From Candidatus Kapaibacterium sp. (GTDB lineage Bacteria > Bacteroidota > Ignavibacteria > Palsa-1295), in assembly GCA_035686785.1 (NCBI GenBank), contig DASRZC010000168.1, positions 1-56,814 on the forward strand: 56,814 nucleotides of DNA. Reading direction: 5' to 3'. The notes beneath the pieces were generated by a model. That model searched no databases and was not told where the DNA came from. It worked only from the letters and a program-made list of their open reading frames with translations. The position numbers and the translations under genes are program-made. This document shows, piece after piece, positions 53,293-56,814 of this stretch (within the stretch, counting starts at the first letter, position 1; every line of letters starts with the position of its first letter).

Positions 53293-54345
53293 TCATCGTG
53301 CGCGGATAAGCGTTATGCGTGTCGAATCAGCGAGTGCGTAATTGCCGACGGTGATGACGTTCATGCCGGACCGAAGAGAATCGCTTCGGACGGAAACGAG
53401 GCTATCCATTTCCGGTCCGGTCTGAACGACGACACTCTTCGAAAGGGAATCCGGGCCGAACGTCACGATGGTACGCACGTTCGTTTCATCGTTGCGGAGC
53501 ACGGCGCTTTTGGGAACAAGCATAGCTTGATGAAGCACGTCGAAGGTGATCGTCGCCGTGCCGGCGATGCCCGTGCGGAGCGCACGAACGAAGGAGGCCG
53601 GTATATTTTGGAATTGAAAGATAACTTGCGCAGCCTGGCTCGTGGAATCGGCATCGGGCTTAATTGCAAATACGCGAGCTTCGACCGGAGCGGAAGTAGC
53701 ACCGAGGCTGGGAAGCGTAATCGCTGCCGGTTCGCCAATGCGAATGCGCGGCATATCGAAGAGTGGGACGTCCGCAACGAAGACAATGTCATTCATCGCA
53801 ATAATGGAAAGAAGTTCCTGATTTTCGGCAACGAACTCTCCGGGATTAGCCGAACGGGTCGCGATAAGGCCCGAGATCGTCGAGCGAACCTGCATTCCAT
53901 TCTGATCTTTCTTCGCGAGCGCGATCATTCGTTCGGCTTGCGCGCGTTCGGCCGGTGTTTTCGCCTCGGCCAGCATAACCTGCGCTCCCTCCTGGCTCGA
54001 TTGCGCTTCTTTCGACTGGATGGTAGCCACGAGTTCGCCCGCATTCACATAATCTCCCTCAAGGCCATTTAGCGTGAGCAGTCTTCCGGCAATCGGCGCA
54101 ACGAGTTTTTCCTGCCGCGTCGCTTCGGTATGTCCCGTCACGACGAGCTGTTCGGGAACGTTCCCGGTGGTGACTTGCGTCGCTTCGACAGCGACTTTTG
54201 CAACCACGGCGGGCGCCGCTTCATCGTCTTCGCCCGAGTCCTTTTTGCCGCAGCCCGCGACGATGCCGAGAAGCAAAAGCAGCACGGCGCCTAAAAGGAT
54301 AGGACTTCTTCGCTGTTCGAAATAATTATTTTCCATTGTTCGCAT
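53293..54345 (-). CDS. RND efflux periplasmic adaptor (MFP/HlyD family)
   Basis: 350 aa with lipobox IVAGC. It shows a barrel-sandwich/hairpin pattern. It sits between the OMF and RND genes. Confidence 0.8.
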   Translation of the reverse strand: MRTMENNYFEQRRSPILLGAVLLLLLGIVAGCGKKDSGEDDEAAPAVVAKVAVEATQVTTGNVPEQLVVTGHTEATRQEKLVAPIAGRLLTLNGLEGDYVNAGELVATIQSKEAQSSQEGAQVMLAEAKTPAERAQAERMIALAKKDQNGMQVRSTISGLIATRSANPGEFVAENQELLSIIAMNDIVFVADVPLFDMPRIRIGEPAAITLPSLGATSAPVEARVFAIKPDADSTSQAAQVIFQFQNIPASFVRALRTGIAGTATITFDVLHQAMLVPKSAVLRNDETNVRTIVTFGPDSLSKSVVVQTGPEMDSLVSVRSDSLRSGMNVITVGNYALADSTRITLIRAR

Positions 54346-55666
54346 TGGTATTCGGGCTTGGCGCCGCGGTGAGGTGCCGAAGCTGGGCGCGATATTGTTC
54401 CAGATCGCTCAGGATTTCCAACTCCGCCAGCCGTGTATCGAGCACTTGCTTTTGTGCATCGAGCACTTCGGAGGCCAGCGCGCCGCCGACGGCATATTTC
54501 GCTTTTTCCAAATCGTAACTATCGCGCGCTTTCTGCAAATTCGCGCGCACTTCCGCGAGGCGCGCACGAGAAGTTTGGAGCAGGACCAGAAGCTGTGTAA
54601 TTTGCGCCACTAAGTCCCGATGTTGCTGCGCCAACTCCGATTCCAGAATTTGCACGATCACCTGCTTCTCATCGACTTGCGTTTTATTCAAGCCCCAGTC
54701 GAAAATTGGTCCCGTAACGGAAATGCCGGCCGATGCGCCCCAAAAGGGTGTGCGCTGATCCGGTGGGCCGGTGAGATTCTGCACGGAAGTGAGCAGGCCG
54801 GCATCGATATTGGCATCGACTTGTGGCTTGGACATCGCGCGGGTCAGCGCGATGTCGAGTTTCGCGCGCTCGAGTTCGTTCTGCGCGAGCGCGATCGTAA
54901 GCGTAACGAGCGAATCGTACGACCGCATCCTATTTGCCGGAGCGGTAAAGGCGGAATCGAATTTTCCCTGCACGAGAAATGCCGTGTCCGGCGGAGTTCC
55001 CATGAGAGAAGCAAGCGCGTAGCGCGCCTGAAGTTCATTCGCCCGCGCTTTTCCGAGCGCGATTTGCTCGTTGCCAAGCTGCACTTCGGTCTTGAGGAGA
55101 TCGGTATAGGGCGAAGTTCCTCCGTGAAACAGGCGATCGACGAGATCGCGATAGCTCTGGAGTTCCGTGGCGCTTTCCTGTTCAATCGCAATATCCATCC
55201 GCGCGCGAAGGTCTTCTTCGAATGCTTGTGTTACATCGAACCGCAAATCCTCCCGCGTGAGCGCAAGCCCCGTCCGCGCATGGGTCACGTCGAGTGCAGC
55301 CTGACGCTTTTGAATTCCGTAGGCGCCGCCATTATAGATTGTATGCTGCACCGTGAGCTGTCCGTTCAGCACGCCTTCGTTCGTGACCACGGGATCGTAG
55401 CCAAAATACCGCCCTGAAGGCGCATAACTTCCGCCAACATTATATTCGAGCGGGGGGTACGGCGCGAGCTCCGCTTCGTGGTACGCAAGCCGCGCTTCCT
55501 CGACGTTCAGCGCGGCGGCATGCACGAGCGGCGCATGCTCGTATGCGAAGGCTACTGCCGAATCGAGCGTGAGCGCCCGCTGGGCGCGCACAAAGGATGC
55601 GGTGCCCAGAAGCAGCAGGGGGACGATTGCAAGCGTAAGGCTAATGTGAATCCGTCGCAGTTTCAA
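54326..55666 (-). CDS. TolC-family outer-membrane efflux protein
   Basis: 446 aa with a signal peptide. It has two repeated alpha-helical/beta halves typical of OEP proteins. It is the first gene of the operon. Confidence 0.85.
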   Translation of the reverse strand: MKLRRIHISLTLAIVPLLLLGTASFVRAQRALTLDSAVAFAYEHAPLVHAAALNVEEARLAYHEAELAPYPPLEYNVGGSYAPSGRYFGYDPVVTNEGVLNGQLTVQHTIYNGGAYGIQKRQAALDVTHARTGLALTREDLRFDVTQAFEEDLRARMDIAIEQESATELQSYRDLVDRLFHGGTSPYTDLLKTEVQLGNEQIALGKARANELQARYALASLMGTPPDTAFLVQGKFDSAFTAPANRMRSYDSLVTLTIALAQNELERAKLDIALTRAMSKPQVDANIDAGLLTSVQNLTGPPDQRTPFWGASAGISVTGPIFDWGLNKTQVDEKQVIVQILESELAQQHRDLVAQITQLLVLLQTSRARLAEVRANLQKARDSYDLEKAKYAVGGALASEVLDAQKQVLDTRLAELEILSDLEQYRAQLRHLTAAPSPNTNANNGK

Positions 55667-55899
55667 ATCGGGGTAAGTTGATTTGGGTGAGCGGAATCGT
55701 TTCCGAAGTATTGGAAAACGACGCGAACACGAATATCGTCTCGCCGAAAATATTAATAAGTGTTAAGGAAATTCTGATTAATTCGGTTTAAGAATGCCAA
55801 AGAATGGGAAATATTTGAAACTTGGCGCGTGAGCGCTCGTCGATTAAACGAATTGCGAACACAGTCAGAGTTTCGAAAACACATCCAAGAAAATATCCA

Positions 55900-56742
55900 A
55901 TGAATAAAAAAACTATAACGATGCTGAACAAGGTACCAGAAGTCACTCTGGTATTCTGGCTCATAAAAGTCATGGCGACCACTGTGGGGGAAACCGGAGC
56001 GGACTTTCTCTCGACAACGCTGAATCTGGGGCTGGTCAATACTTCCTACGTTATGAGCGCATTGTTGTTGGTCGTGCTGCTATTTCAGTTCCGGGCAAAG
56101 AAATACATCCCGACGCTTTATTGGGTGGCGGTGGTTTTGATCAGCATAATGGGTACGCTGATCTCGGATAATTTGGCAGAGAACCTCGGAATTAGCTTAA
56201 TAACGACCTCCATGCTGTTCGGGGCAGGATTAATAGTGACGTTTATCTGGTGGTACGCCAGCGAACGGACATTGTCGGTTCACACTATAGTCACAACCAG
56301 GCGAGAGGCGTTCTATTGGGCCGCGATTCTCTTTACGTTTGCGCTCGGCACCTCGGGCGGAGATCTCATCTCGGAACGTCTTAATCTTGGGTATGCGCTA
56401 TCAGCCCTGATGTTTGTCACTGTGATTGCCGTGATTTATCTTGCACACCGTTTTGCGAACATGAGCGAGGTCCTGGCATTCTGGCTCGCGTACATCTTAA
56501 CTCGCCCACTTGGCGCTTGTATGGGAGATTTACTGACGCAAGACCCGAGCGTCGGCGGCTTCGGTATAAGTACTACGGCGATCACTGTCATTTTTCTTTC
56601 CAGCATTATAGGATTGGTAGTGTATTTAACGATGCAGGAAAAGAAAAAAGTATTGTTCCCATCGACCGCTTGGAGTTCCGCCGTGGAACCTGCGATACCG
56701 CTTCCGGGAGGAGCGATCCCTCTCCCCGAAGAGATGAGTTAA
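55900..56742 (+). CDS. Hypothetical polytopic membrane protein
   Basis: The start is taken at MNKKTITML; the ORF track starts at 55822. It has ~8 TM helices and a proline-rich tail. The family assignment is not confident. Confidence 0.55.
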   Translation: MNKKTITMLNKVPEVTLVFWLIKVMATTVGETGADFLSTTLNLGLVNTSYVMSALLLVVLLFQFRAKKYIPTLYWVAVVLISIMGTLISDNLAENLGISLITTSMLFGAGLIVTFIWWYASERTLSVHTIVTTRREAFYWAAILFTFALGTSGGDLISERLNLGYALSALMFVTVIAVIYLAHRFANMSEVLAFWLAYILTRPLGACMGDLLTQDPSVGGFGISTTAITVIFLSSIIGLVVYLTMQEKKKVLFPSTAWSSAVEPAIPLPGGAIPLPEEMS

Positions 56743-56786
56743 GGAATTCTGATTAAGTCTGGATTTTCCGTATTCGCGGGAATGAC
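56739..56786. repeat. Edge copy of the TTAAGGAATTCTGATTAAGTC outer-arm motif plus a GGGAATGAC arm
   Basis: This is the same 21-nt motif that forms the outer arm of elements B and D. It overlaps the stop codon of the preceding gene, and the element is cut by the window end. Confidence 0.6.
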
Positions 56787-56814
56787 AATAGGGAAAATAT
56801 GGCGCGTAGCGCCC

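Noticed and set aside
52852-54072. 406-aa plus-strand ORF. Similar long antisense ORFs are 54620..55417, 51339..52136, 49085..49696, 27204..28229, 20979..21998, 34802..35656, 43857..44714, 4777..5640, 1336..2211, 16124..16972, 38436..39227 and 38660..39481
   Set aside because: All lie opposite or out of frame to CDSs with clear family motifs. Their Arg/Gly/Ala-rich composition is typical of GC-rich shadow ORFs.

Overview
This 56.8-kb window looks like a chromosomal segment from an FCB-group bacterium (Bacteroidota / Ignavibacteriota / Chlorobiota-like). The placement rests on four large secreted proteins that end in a T9SS (Por) C-terminal sorting domain. All calls come from reading the ORF track and the DNA by eye; no homology search was run, and start codons are provisional. 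Most of the window is housekeeping: typA, def, cca, tadA, mtaB, a TrmH-family methylase, tRNA-Ala(CGC) and tRNA-Met/Ile2(CAT). Envelope genes include GT4, a FemAB-like acyltransferase, acyltransferase_3, an ArnT/PMT-like glycosyltransferase, PAP2 and an Omp85-like barrel. There is also a six-gene translationally coupled efflux operon: TolC, MFP, RND, DUF2127, a second RND paralog, and a YncE-like propeller. Accessory content comprises a DUF2281/PIN (VapBC-like) pair and a higB gene paired with a short higA lacking its HTH domain. The higBA pair is bracketed by near-identical, highly structured ~110-125-nt direct repeats. Next to it sits an AT-rich type II R-M pair flanked by an 11-bp direct repeat, then a 460-aa protein that resembles an inactivated RecA/KaiC-type ATPase. 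I saw no transposase, integrase, CRISPR array or rRNA gene. The intergenic DNA is rich in repeats that the ORFs do not explain. These include a modular GTCATTCC...GGAATGAC palindromic element family, GTGTG...CACAC-clamped double hairpins, (TAATTCG)n heptamer arrays directly 5' of three genes, and a duplicated leader module with a compensatory hairpin. The best candidate for something new is 28.5-33.3 kb (repeat-bracketed higBA, R-M pair, pseudo-ATPase). The heptamer arrays and the duplicated-RND operon come next.
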